Shown here piece by piece: positions 47,296 to 56,175 of a stretch of DNA of 64,000 nucleotides. Below the pieces are notes generated by a model that did not search any database, had not been told where the DNA came from, and was given only the letters and a program-made list of their open reading frames with translations. Source of the DNA: Patescibacteria group bacterium UBA5272 (GTDB lineage: Bacteria > Patescibacteriota > Minisyncoccia > Phycocordibacterales > UBA5272); the NCBI GenBank assembly GCA_002408565.1, contig DHTA01000005.1, positions 108,049 through 172,048 on the forward strand, read 5' to 3'. Position numbers and translations under genes: made by a program. Position 1 is the first letter of the stretch. Every line of letters starts with the position of its first letter.

Positions 47296-48369
47296 ATGAA
47301 AAATGATTTTATTCAAGAGCTGAAAGAGAAAATCAAAAAAGGAAAACCTTTAACCGCTTTAGCTCCTATGGCTGATGTGACAGATGAAGTTTTCAGAGAA
47401 ATGATAGTTAAATATTCTAAACCTTCAGGTCCGGATATTTTTTGGACAGAATTTGTTTCAGCTGACGGATTAAATAGCGTTGGTAAGAAAAATTTGATGC
47501 GTGATTTAGTTTTTAACAAAAAAGAATCTCCGATACTGGCTCAAATTTTTAGTTCTAAAAAAGAGAATATTTTAGAAGCTATAAAATTAGTTTACAAACT
47601 TGGTTTTAATGGGGTAGATTTAAATATGGGGTGTCCAGATAGAAGCGTAGAAAAACAACTTTCTGGTTCAGCTATGATGAAATATCCAAAGCTCTCTCGA
47701 GAAATTGTTGAGGCTTCCAGAAAATTAGTTGACGAAATAAATAAAAAAGATAAAACTAGACACTTTAGTTTTTCTGTAAAAACTAGACTGGGCTACAACA
47801 AAATAGAATATGAAAAATGGTTTCCAAATATTTTAGATTTTGAACCAGATATTTTTTCTGTACATTTGAGAACTAGAAAAGAATTGAGCTTAGTAGAGGC
47901 TCACTGGGAAATAAGTTTTGAAGTTGTAGATTTTATTAAAAAATATTGCAAAGGAAATGATCTGAAGACTCCTATTATATTTTTAAATGGAGATGTTAAG
48001 AGCCCGATACAAGTCAAAGAAAAAATAAAACTTTCCACTTGCGATGGAATAATGATTGGCAGGGGAGCCTTTGGCACACCTTGGTTTTTTAATGAAAAAG
48101 AATTTAAAAAAAGAGAAGAGCAAAATTTAGATAGTAAAAAAGGGAAAGAGAACATTTTATACAGATTAGAAATTTTAAAAGAACATACCAAACTTTTTGA
48201 GAAAAAATTAAACAATTTCAAAAGTTTCAACTTAATGAAAAAGCATTATAAAGCCTATGTAAATGGTTTTGATGGGGCTAAAGAGTTGAGAGTAGATTTG
48301 ATGGAAGCTAAAGATTATAAAGAGGTAAAAAAGATTGTAGATAATTTTATAAAGAATAGACTAAAATAG
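47296..48369 (+). CDS. dus: tRNA-dihydrouridine synthase
   Basis: LAPMADVTD, TEFVS, DLNMGCP, SVKTRLG, H.RT, NGD, MIGRG. Confidence 0.95.
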   Translation: MKNDFIQELKEKIKKGKPLTALAPMADVTDEVFREMIVKYSKPSGPDIFWTEFVSADGLNSVGKKNLMRDLVFNKKESPILAQIFSSKKENILEAIKLVYKLGFNGVDLNMGCPDRSVEKQLSGSAMMKYPKLSREIVEASRKLVDEINKKDKTRHFSFSVKTRLGYNKIEYEKWFPNILDFEPDIFSVHLRTRKELSLVEAHWEISFEVVDFIKKYCKGNDLKTPIIFLNGDVKSPIQVKEKIKLSTCDGIMIGRGAFGTPWFFNEKEFKKREEQNLDSKKGKENILYRLEILKEHTKLFEKKLNNFKSFNLMKKHYKAYVNGFDGAKELRVDLMEAKDYKEVKKIVDNFIKNRLK

Positions 48370-48423
48370 ATTTATATTCTTGTCAAATTTTAAAAAACAA
48401 GCATTTTATAATATACTTTTAAT

Positions 48424-49509
48424 ATGAAAGATGAAAAAACGACCCAAAAAGACGAAAACGTCCGTCATTTAGCTTTATATAGAAAATATCGTCCTCAGGA
48501 ATTTAAAGAGGTCTTAGGGCAAGATTTGGCCATTCAGGTACTAGAAACTGCCATTGAGCAAGACAAAATCTACCACGCTTACATTTTTGCTGGAGATCGT
48601 GGTACTGGTAAAACCACTGTGGCCAGGATTTTTGCGAAAAATATTGGTTGTTCTCAAGATGACATTTTTGAACTAGATGCAGCCAGTAACAATAAAGTAG
48701 AAGATATTCGTCTCATTATTGATGCTACTCAAGCTTCAACTTTTGGCTCCAGATATAAAGTTTACATCTTAGACGAAGCTCACATGCTTTCTAGATCAGC
48801 TTTTAATGCACTCCTAAAAACTTTAGAAGAGCCACCAAGTCATGTGATTTTTATTTTGGCTACTACGGATAAATATAAAATTCCAGACACCATCATTTCT
48901 CGTTGTCAGGAAATCAATTTTGCTTCACCAGATATTAAAAGTTTAGAAAAACTAATTACTTCAGTTAGCAAAAAAGAAGGTATTGAAGTTGACTCTGGGG
49001 CTAAAAAGAAAATCGCTGAAGAAGGTCGTGGATCATTTAGGGACACTTTAAGCGTTTTAGAGAAAATTTTAAACACCTTAAATAAAAAAGAAATTTCTCT
49101 TGAAGATGTAAAAAAGATTTTTGGTACAGTGGAAGACGATGAAATCTTTAATGTCTTAGAAGCTATTACTGAAAAGAATGTTTACAAGCTTTTAACTTCT
49201 CTAAATAATTTAAAACTTGAAACCAGTCAAATAGTAGACAGAGTTTATGTGGAAATAGTAAAAATGTTTGAACTAGCTCTTTTTATGAGATATTTGACCC
49301 TAGAGGAAGCTAAAGAAATTTTTATGGGACAAGAAGGGGAAAAGCTTATCAGAAAAACCAAAGCTTTAGCCGAGAAACATCCAAAAGTTATTTCTTCTGG
49401 TAATTTGTATAGTTTGTTAGAAATAGAGAAAGAATTAAATCAGAATTCAAATCTTAAGAAGAGTATATTAAAAACTGGTTTGATTAGAATATTAGAGAAT
49501 GTAGAATAA
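48424..49509 (+). CDS. dnaX: DNA polymerase III subunit gamma/tau (short)
   Basis: LYRKYRPQ, GDRGTGKT, DEAHML, FNALLKTLEEPP, SRC. Confidence 0.96.
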   Translation: MKDEKTTQKDENVRHLALYRKYRPQEFKEVLGQDLAIQVLETAIEQDKIYHAYIFAGDRGTGKTTVARIFAKNIGCSQDDIFELDAASNNKVEDIRLIIDATQASTFGSRYKVYILDEAHMLSRSAFNALLKTLEEPPSHVIFILATTDKYKIPDTIISRCQEINFASPDIKSLEKLITSVSKKEGIEVDSGAKKKIAEEGRGSFRDTLSVLEKILNTLNKKEISLEDVKKIFGTVEDDEIFNVLEAITEKNVYKLLTSLNNLKLETSQIVDRVYVEIVKMFELALFMRYLTLEEAKEIFMGQEGEKLIRKTKALAEKHPKVISSGNLYSLLEIEKELNQNSNLKKSILKTGLIRILENVE

Positions 49510-49511
49510 CT

Positions 49512-49686
49512 AAATCTGAAGGCTAAATCAGGTTTAAGATAGATTAAGTCTTTATATTAATAAACAAAGCTTTTCTTGTTTTTTATATGTATAGTGTCGT
49601 AAAAGAGAGATTGTGCGACACTGTATAAATTAAAACATCCTAAACCCTTTTTCTTATTAAAGCACTTTTATCAAGATTCAAGATTT
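49512..49686 (+). ncRNA. Candidate long rod-shaped RNA (~175 nt), 6S-like architecture
   Basis: 14-bp apical stem 49588-49601/49614-49627 with three G-U pairs on the + strand. Nested outer pairings flank an internal bubble. TTGATT-16-TAGAAT lies upstream. Confidence 0.4.
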
Positions 49687-49691
49687 TTAAT

Positions 49692-49815
49692 ATAAACAAA
49701 ACACACGGTGTCGAACCGTGTGTTTTGCTAGTCACCCAGACTATTAATATTTTGTAGATTCAATTTCTTGAATCTGTAGGAGAGACAGAAATGTGGGATT
49801 TTTCTATCTCCCCTA
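49692..49815 (-). ncRNA. Candidate four-hairpin structured RNA (~125 nt)
   Basis: Starts 6 nt below TGcTATACT. 15-bp P1 with minus-strand G-U pairs, 8-bp GAAA hairpin, 5-bp hairpin, then the terminator. Confidence 0.55.
49697..49727. terminator. Bidirectional terminator
   Basis: CAAAACACACGGT-gtcga-ACCGTGTGTTTTG, perfect 13-bp stem. Confidence 0.85.
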
Positions 49816-49875
49816 TTAAAAAGTATAGCAAGATATCAAAGAGCGAAAAGATTTACAAAATTAAAAAATATTGTA

Positions 49876-50115
49876 TTATTTTTTACCAAAAACTTCTAAT
49901 TCTATTCCTGTAGTAAACTTTACAATCGAAACCACACCTTTCCAAAAGCGTTCAAAGATTTCTGGCAAATTGACGCTTTTAAAAATATAGAAGAAATCAA
50001 ATTTTCCTTTCTCATGATTTCCTTTAGTCAAAGTAGCGCAGATAGCCGAATAGCCCAACAAGAAAGCTATAAAACAATAAATTATAAGTCTTAATAAATA
50101 TATTTCTACCACCAT
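49876..50115 (-). CDS. Small membrane protein (79 aa)
   Basis: N-terminal hydrophobic helix; overlaps the upstream peptide ORF by 10 nt. Confidence 0.55.
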   Translation of the reverse strand: MVVEIYLLRLIIYCFIAFLLGYSAICATLTKGNHEKGKFDFFYIFKSVNLPEIFERFWKGVVSIVKFTTGIELEVFGKK

Positions 50116-50222
50116 ATAAAGAAATTTCTTTTAACAGTCAAAAAGAAACCTAGGACTATACCGAGGATGAATAGGAGAATAAATAAAAGTAATAAGTCGT
50201 TTAAAGCCATTCTGATTAACAT
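50106..50222 (-). CDS. 38-aa hydrophobic peptide (not in ORF track)
   Basis: MLIRMALNDLLLLFILLFILGIVLGFFLTVKRNFFIWW*; ATG 6 nt after TTGCAA-17-TAGTAT. Confidence 0.5.
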   Translation of the reverse strand: MLIRMALNDLLLLFILLFILGIVLGFFLTVKRNFFIWW

Positions 50223-50261
50223 GGTTTTATACTACAATATTCAAAAAAAGATTGCAATTCT

Positions 50262-51602
50262 TTAAAAATTTACTAAAGCTTTCAAAGCATTATCAATTCT
50301 AAGCAGAGATTCTTCCTTACCTAAAATATTTAATAAAGATTTTGGATCTGGAGATTTATCTTTGCCTGATAGAACGTAACGTAATGGCCAAAGTATGTCT
50401 CCTTTACCTTTTTCTTCGGCTAATTTGTATATTTCTTCCCAGCACTCTTCTATTTCTTTTGATTCAGCAAGAATGTTTTTAATTAGATTTAAATTGATTA
50501 CAGCATTATCTTTATCTGACTTTTTCCAAATTATCTCTGAAGGATTATTATAAACTGGAGCGTTAAGGTAAAAATCTAATTCTCCATCTTCTTTCATTTT
50601 TTTCAATTCTCCATAATAGCTAAGTCTGTCTACTAAAATCGGTCTTAATTTTTCTAACATAACAGAAGTATATTTTTCAGATTCTGGTAAATATTTTTTA
50701 AGATATTCTAATTGTTCTGCTTCAGATTGAAGTTTGATATATTCCTTATTAAACCAATTTAGTTTTTCAATATTAAAAACCGCTCCACCTTTTTGTACCC
50801 TTTCTATATCAAATTTTGAAATAAGCTCTTCCAAAGAATAAATCTCTCTTTCTCCGCCCGGATTCCAGCCTAAAAAAGCTAAGAAATTTATAAAAGCTTC
50901 TTTTAGGTAACCGTTGTTTTTATAATGTTCCACAGAAACTATTTCTCCGTGTTTTCTTTTAGAGAGTTTTTCTTTGGTTTCTGAAAGAATTAGTGGTATA
51001 TGAGCATAAGTAGCTCTCTCTCTTTCTCCAATAGCTTCCCAAATCAAAATTTGACGTGGAGTGTTAGCTAAATGTTCTTCCCCACGAATAATATGAGTTA
51101 CATTCATGAGAATATCATCTACAACATTGGAAAGATGAAAGACTGGTTCGTCTAAACTTTTAGCAATAACAAAGTCTCCAAGATCTGTAGTGTCTACTGA
51201 AACTTCTCCCCGAATAAGATCGGTGAAAGTGATAATTTTATTTGGATTTTTAAAACGAATCACTTCGTCTCTTTGACTTTCTTCCAAAACTTCTTCTTTA
51301 GAAAAATAAGCGTGACCGTTCTCAATTAATTTTTCTAAATATTTTCTATGAATAGGAAAATTGTCGGACTGCTTTTTTGTCTCATCAAATTTTAAATCTA
51401 ACCACTCAAAAGCTCTCAAAATACCTTCTGTAAATTCTTCTTTATTTCTTTCTAAATCAGTATCTTCTATTCTTAAAAGAATTTTACCTCCCTTTTGTTT
51501 AGTGTAAAGATAATTAAAAAGTGCAGATCTAGCTCCGCCAATATGAAGGAATCCTGTGGGACTAGGAGCAAAACGAGTTATTATATTATTGGTTTTTGAC
51601 AT
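50262..51602 (-). CDS. gltX: Glutamate--tRNA ligase
   Basis: RFAPSPTG, HIGG, RIEDTD, THIIRGEEH, KLSKR. Confidence 0.97.
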   Translation of the reverse strand: MSKTNNIITRFAPSPTGFLHIGGARSALFNYLYTKQKGGKILLRIEDTDLERNKEEFTEGILRAFEWLDLKFDETKKQSDNFPIHRKYLEKLIENGHAYFSKEEVLEESQRDEVIRFKNPNKIITFTDLIRGEVSVDTTDLGDFVIAKSLDEPVFHLSNVVDDILMNVTHIIRGEEHLANTPRQILIWEAIGERERATYAHIPLILSETKEKLSKRKHGEIVSVEHYKNNGYLKEAFINFLAFLGWNPGGEREIYSLEELISKFDIERVQKGGAVFNIEKLNWFNKEYIKLQSEAEQLEYLKKYLPESEKYTSVMLEKLRPILVDRLSYYGELKKMKEDGELDFYLNAPVYNNPSEIIWKKSDKDNAVINLNLIKNILAESKEIEECWEEIYKLAEEKGKGDILWPLRYVLSGKDKSPDPKSLLNILGKEESLLRIDNALKALVNF

Positions 51603-51664
51603 AAAAAGCTTTATTTACAAAGGAAATATAACACAGAATCCCCTGTTTTTACTATTGACAATTC

Positions 51665-52801
51665 TTAATAATTGTGTGATATACCTATTTTTACAATCTC
51701 TTCAGCTATTGTCTCTGCGGCTCCGGCTTTAAAATTTTCAACATTATTAAGCTGTAATTTTAAATATTTTTCTTTATTTTCTAGAATATTTTCTATAGTG
51801 TTTGATAGAATATTTCTTTTCAAATTAATCTCTTCGATAACTACAGAACATCCAGCTTTTTCAAAAATATAAGCATTATTCATTTGATGATTATTGTTGC
51901 TATTGGTAATAGGAATAATTATTGACGGAATACCCCAAGCAGACAATTCGAAAAGAGTTGAACCTGCTCTGGTAATACAAAGATCAGCTGACTCGTAATA
52001 TTTAGAAAGCTGACCAAAAGGAAAGTAAAAGTAATTTTGTCTATTTGGATTATTTTTTAACAAGACTTCGCTAGCGATTTCTACTGCTTTTAAATTGTTA
52101 TCCCCCACTTGATGAATCACATTATATTTTTCTAACAATTCTGGTAAAATTTCTAAAACTGTATTGTTTATAATTTCACTTCCTTGCGAGCCACCGATTA
52201 CTAAAATATTTTTTCTTTGATTTTCACTATGAATGATTTCATTTTTTGTATCTAAAAGTTTTTTTTCAATTTGAGCTTTCGTAGGCAAATATTCTTGCAT
52301 AATAGGTTGTCCGGTATAAGCAGTCTTTTTAAGATTAAAATATTTGGCGGCATCAACATAACTAACGGCAACTCTTTTCGCTAATTTAGATGCTAGAATA
52401 TTACTTCTACCTGAAGCTGAGTCACTTTCGTGAACAATAATAGGAATAAATAAAAATTTAGCTGCAAAAACCACAGGCATACTAGCATAACCGCCTTTAG
52501 CAAAAACTACATCTGGATAAATTTTAAAAAGATGATATAGGGCTACAAAAAAACCAAAAATAGATTTTAAGGGATCTAGAAAATTTTTCAAAGAAAAATA
52601 AAGCCTTAATTTCCCAGCAGGAATTTTTACAAATTTTATTTTTTTCCTTTCCAGTAATTGCTTATCATATTCTTTATCTGACAAGAAAAAAATCTCAGCG
52701 TCAATAATTTTTTGAGCCTGAGCTTCTTTTTCTACCTTTTCAGCTACAGCTATTAAAGGGTAAAAATGTCCTCCTCCCGCTCCTGTTAAAACAACTCTCA
52801 T
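51665..52801 (-). CDS. murG: MurG GlcNAc transferase
   Basis: GAGGGHFYP, GGYAS, HES, GGSQG, RAG, HQ..NA. Confidence 0.95.
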   Translation of the reverse strand: MRVVLTGAGGGHFYPLIAVAEKVEKEAQAQKIIDAEIFFLSDKEYDKQLLERKKIKFVKIPAGKLRLYFSLKNFLDPLKSIFGFFVALYHLFKIYPDVVFAKGGYASMPVVFAAKFLFIPIIVHESDSASGRSNILASKLAKRVAVSYVDAAKYFNLKKTAYTGQPIMQEYLPTKAQIEKKLLDTKNEIIHSENQRKNILVIGGSQGSEIINNTVLEILPELLEKYNVIHQVGDNNLKAVEIASEVLLKNNPNRQNYFYFPFGQLSKYYESADLCITRAGSTLFELSAWGIPSIIIPITNSNNNHQMNNAYIFEKAGCSVVIEEINLKRNILSNTIENILENKEKYLKLQLNNVENFKAGAAETIAEEIVKIGISHNY

Positions 52802-52861
52802 AATCTTTTATTTGTTAATTTATATTAATATAATTATATCTTATATGTCCTGAAAAGAAAA

Positions 52862-53989
52862 CTATATCTCTACTCTGTGACGAGAAATATTTAACAAAAC
52901 TCCTAGCTCAAACATTAAAAATGTGAGAGAAGTTCCCCCTTTTGAAACCAAAGGAAGTGGAATACCCGTTAAAGGAGTGATGCCAATAGATGAACTAATA
53001 TTTAAAGCCATTTGGAAAAAGAAAGTCGAAATTATGCCTATAATTAATAATTTTCCAAAACTATCAGTGGCTCTTTTGGAAATAAAGATACCTCTCATAA
53101 TAATAGAAAAAAAGAGACTTAATAGAATGATTGATCCGACAAAACCAAGCTCTTCAGCATAAACCGCAAATACTGAGTCTGAAATTTGTTCTGGTAAATA
53201 ATTGAATTTTTGTATAGATTGTCCTACCCCTCTACCAAATAGACCGCCAGAACCTACAGCTATCAAAGACTGATTTAAATGATAGCCAGAACCTAAAACT
53301 TCTCTTTCTGGTTGTATAAAAGTTAAAACCCTTTCTTTCATATAAGGTCTGACTTGAATCAAAACCAAAAAAGTTAAAATTCCGGCAACTATTAAAATCA
53401 ACACATCTCTCATTTTTGCTCCACCTACAAAGTACACAATAAAAGCCGGAATTAAAACAACTAAAAATGTTCCAAAATCTGGTTGAACCAAAAGTACCAA
53501 ACCCACTATAAATACAAAAGTCAAAAAGGGTAAAAGTCCAAATTTTATTTTGTTAAATTGTTTAGAATATTTGCTACAGTAGGCAGCGATTAAAATTACG
53601 CTAGCAAATTTCAATGATTCACTAGGTTGAATCGAGATATTAAAAATATGAATCCAACGATTAGACCCATTATAAGCGAATCCTAAATTTGGGATAAAAA
53701 CGCTTAAGGTAAACAAAACAGCCAAAATAAATAAAATGATAGAATATTTTTTATAATATTTATAATCTATTTTAGAACCTATAAAGAGTGCCAAAAATCC
53801 AAAAATAAAAACATAAAACATCTGGGATTTTACGACAGAAAAAAATTTTAATTCGTTACTAGGAAGTATACCTAGAGCTGCTGACAAGAAAATTAATATA
53901 CCAACAACAATCAAAACTATGATTAAAATCAAAAAAACTTTATCTACTTTCAATTTACTATTTTTAAAATTCTGAAAAACTTTTGCCAT
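52862..53989 (-). CDS. ftsW: SEDS peptidoglycan polymerase FtsW
   Basis: RWI...SIQPSE..K, QPDFGT, LPEQISD, EELG, P.TG..LP..S.GG; lies between mraY and murG. Confidence 0.9.
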   Translation of the reverse strand: MAKVFQNFKNSKLKVDKVFLILIIVLIVVGILIFLSAALGILPSNELKFFSVVKSQMFYVFIFGFLALFIGSKIDYKYYKKYSIILFILAVLFTLSVFIPNLGFAYNGSNRWIHIFNISIQPSESLKFASVILIAAYCSKYSKQFNKIKFGLLPFLTFVFIVGLVLLVQPDFGTFLVVLIPAFIVYFVGGAKMRDVLILIVAGILTFLVLIQVRPYMKERVLTFIQPEREVLGSGYHLNQSLIAVGSGGLFGRGVGQSIQKFNYLPEQISDSVFAVYAEELGFVGSIILLSLFFSIIMRGIFISKRATDSFGKLLIIGIISTFFFQMALNISSSIGITPLTGIPLPLVSKGGTSLTFLMFELGVLLNISRHRVEI

Positions 53990-53992
53990 AAA

Positions 53993-55093
53993 TTAGGATA
54001 TGATGTATATAGCAATACCAAGTAAAGCGAAAATTGCTCCAAAAATCCAATATCTCATCACCACTTTTTCTTTACTCCAACCAAGATACACAAAAGTGTT
54101 GTGAATTGGTGTAACGGGAAAGATTTTCTTTTTCCTGAATTTTTTAGATAATAATTGCAAAATGGTGGTTATTTCGGTAATCACAAAAGGCATAGCAATA
54201 ATTAAAAGCAAAAATACAGCATCAGTCATTACAGCAATTAAGCCAAGCAATATGGACAAAGGCATATAACCTACTTCTGAAAGATAAAATCTAGCTGGAG
54301 GTATATTAAACCAAAGAAAAGCCAAAATTCCTCCAACTACCACAAAACAAAGAGTAGCAATGTCTATTTGGTTATTGATAAGAGCTATCACGCCATAAGC
54401 TGAATATAAAATAGCGAAAAGCCCACCAGAAAGGCCATCTAATCCATCTATGTTTGAAGCTCCGTACATTCCTAAAAAGACCAAAATGAATAGTAGTATT
54501 ATATATTTACCAAAATAAATCTCCCCCAAAAACGGAATCGTGAGAGTTGTAAAATCAAGTTTTAAGAAAAACCAAAGCCCAGCTACTATGGCAAAAGCTA
54601 TAACAAATATTAAACGAATCTTGAGAGGCATACCCACTTCTCCTTTTTTTTTCACTTCTAAGACTCCAACTGAAGCCAAATCGTCTAAAAGTCCTATTAA
54701 GGCTGCCAAGATAAAAATGATTATTGGAAGCCAGGTTTGATTTCTAGAAATAAAATTTAGTTTTTCAAAAATATTAAAATGAAAGAAATCTGGCAAGATT
54801 GCGTAAAGTAAAATACAAAATAATACAGAAAAAACAATAATCAGCCCTCCCATTCTAGGAGTTTCTCTTTTTCCATCATTCAAAATGGAGGCAGTAATGG
54901 TAGCTTGATTACCATCAATAGTTTTGGCTACATTTTTCTTTTTCCAAAGCTTTTTTTTGTAAAGAAAATCCGACAAAATCGGAGTAATTAAAATTCCAAA
55001 GAAAAAGGCCGTAATACTAGGCCAAAGTATTTTAAAAATAGAAAGAGATGAGAAGGCAAGTTCTAAATTTTGCCCACTAATTGGTCCAGGCAT
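53993..55093 (-). CDS. mraY: Phospho-MurNAc-pentapeptide transferase
   Basis: TPRMGG, G..DD, N.DGLDGL, FLWFN.PPA, P.H. Confidence 0.93.
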   Translation of the reverse strand: MPGPISGQNLELAFSSLSIFKILWPSITAFFFGILITPILSDFLYKKKLWKKKNVAKTIDGNQATITASILNDGKRETPRMGGLIIVFSVLFCILLYAILPDFFHFNIFEKLNFISRNQTWLPIIIFILAALIGLLDDLASVGVLEVKKKGEVGMPLKIRLIFVIAFAIVAGLWFFLKLDFTTLTIPFLGEIYFGKYIILLFILVFLGMYGASNIDGLDGLSGGLFAILYSAYGVIALINNQIDIATLCFVVVGGILAFLWFNIPPARFYLSEVGYMPLSILLGLIAVMTDAVFLLLIIAMPFVITEITTILQLLSKKFRKKKIFPVTPIHNTFVYLGWSKEKVVMRYWIFGAIFALLGIAIYIIS

Positions 55094-55169
55094 ATGTTTT
55101 TATTGTTTTATTAAATAATAAAAACATTATATCACTATTTTATCTTTGCAAAACCTTGACAATTTTTGA

Positions 55170-56168
55170 TTATTTTCTAGAATCAATTACAGTTTGATAC
55201 AACTTATCTACATCCGTAAACCGATCTTCTATTGTAGAACTTAAAACTACAATCACAATTGGACGATTCACATCATAATCAAACATTATAGCTAAATTTC
55301 CTCCAGCTAAATCAGTAAAGCCTGTTTTGGAAGCTAAAAGACCGACTGACTGACTAGCATAAATATTTGTATTAGGAATTTTATACAAATTTCTATAATC
55401 AGAATAGATGTCCACTTGAGAATCTATGGTGTATGACATAATGTCTGGAATTAATTCATAACTTTTAGCAAAAAATCTTGCATATTCTGCCGCTGTTCCT
55501 ACTCCACCAAGCACTTCGCCATAGTCTAAGCCGGAAGCAGAATTGAAACGAAAATTTTTAAAACCTAAACTTTTTACATAATCATTCATTTTTGAAACAA
55601 AAGCAGAATTTGAGGTGCTCACAGTAGAAGCAATTATGTCCATAGAAGAATTAGAAGAAATAGCTAAGCCATATTTCAAAAGAGCGTCCATCTTCCAAAT
55701 TTGTCCTTCAGCCATACCTAAGTCTAACTTTTCATCTTCTCTCATTAAATCGCTTTTGATTGTAATATTGGTGTCTCTATCTTTTAAATTTACAGCTGTG
55801 GCTGCAGTGACAACTTTTGTAAGAGAAGCTAAAGGTAAAATCGTATTAGGATTTTTAGAATATAAAATCTCATCATTTCGAACATCATAGACCACATAAC
55901 TTTTTGCCACAATATTCTCAGAAAGACTTTTTGTTTCAATTTTTTGAGAGCTGTGTCTATTGTTAAGCTCATTTATATTTTGATCAAACAATTCTTTTTT
56001 TGATTTGTTAATCAAGTTTGCATATTTATTATTAATCTCTAAAGGATTTTTTCCTAAAAACTGAGGCAAAGTATCTAAAGATACCACCAATAAAATTGCA
56101 GCTATTACAGTGGTCACAGCTAATTTTTGCAGACTTTTTTGTTTTATCAAATCTCCCGTTTGCTTCAT
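55170..56168 (-). CDS. D-Ala-D-Ala carboxypeptidase (peptidase S11)
   Basis: ASLTK, SSN and KTG motifs. Confidence 0.9.
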   Translation of the reverse strand: MKQTGDLIKQKSLQKLAVTTVIAAILLVVSLDTLPQFLGKNPLEINNKYANLINKSKKELFDQNINELNNRHSSQKIETKSLSENIVAKSYVVYDVRNDEILYSKNPNTILPLASLTKVVTAATAVNLKDRDTNITIKSDLMREDEKLDLGMAEGQIWKMDALLKYGLAISSNSSMDIIASTVSTSNSAFVSKMNDYVKSLGFKNFRFNSASGLDYGEVLGGVGTAAEYARFFAKSYELIPDIMSYTIDSQVDIYSDYRNLYKIPNTNIYASQSVGLLASKTGFTDLAGGNLAIMFDYDVNRPIVIVVLSSTIEDRFTDVDKLYQTVIDSRK

Positions 56169-56175
56169 AATTTTA

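Noticed and set aside
49507-49545. dnaX readthrough or frameshift extension driven by the downstream hairpin
   Set aside because: In-frame TAG ten codons later and no long downstream frame.
49510-49830. SRP RNA (often next to dnaX) or tracrRNA (GAAUCUACAAAA resemblance)
   Set aside because: No SRP domain IV CAGG..GGAA..AGCA motif, no AAGGC nexus, and no cas genes or repeats in the window.
49509-50262. Replication terminus at the switch from mostly + to mostly - genes
   Set aside because: No dif-like site seen, and the visible G/C asymmetry follows coding strand; needs whole-genome skew.
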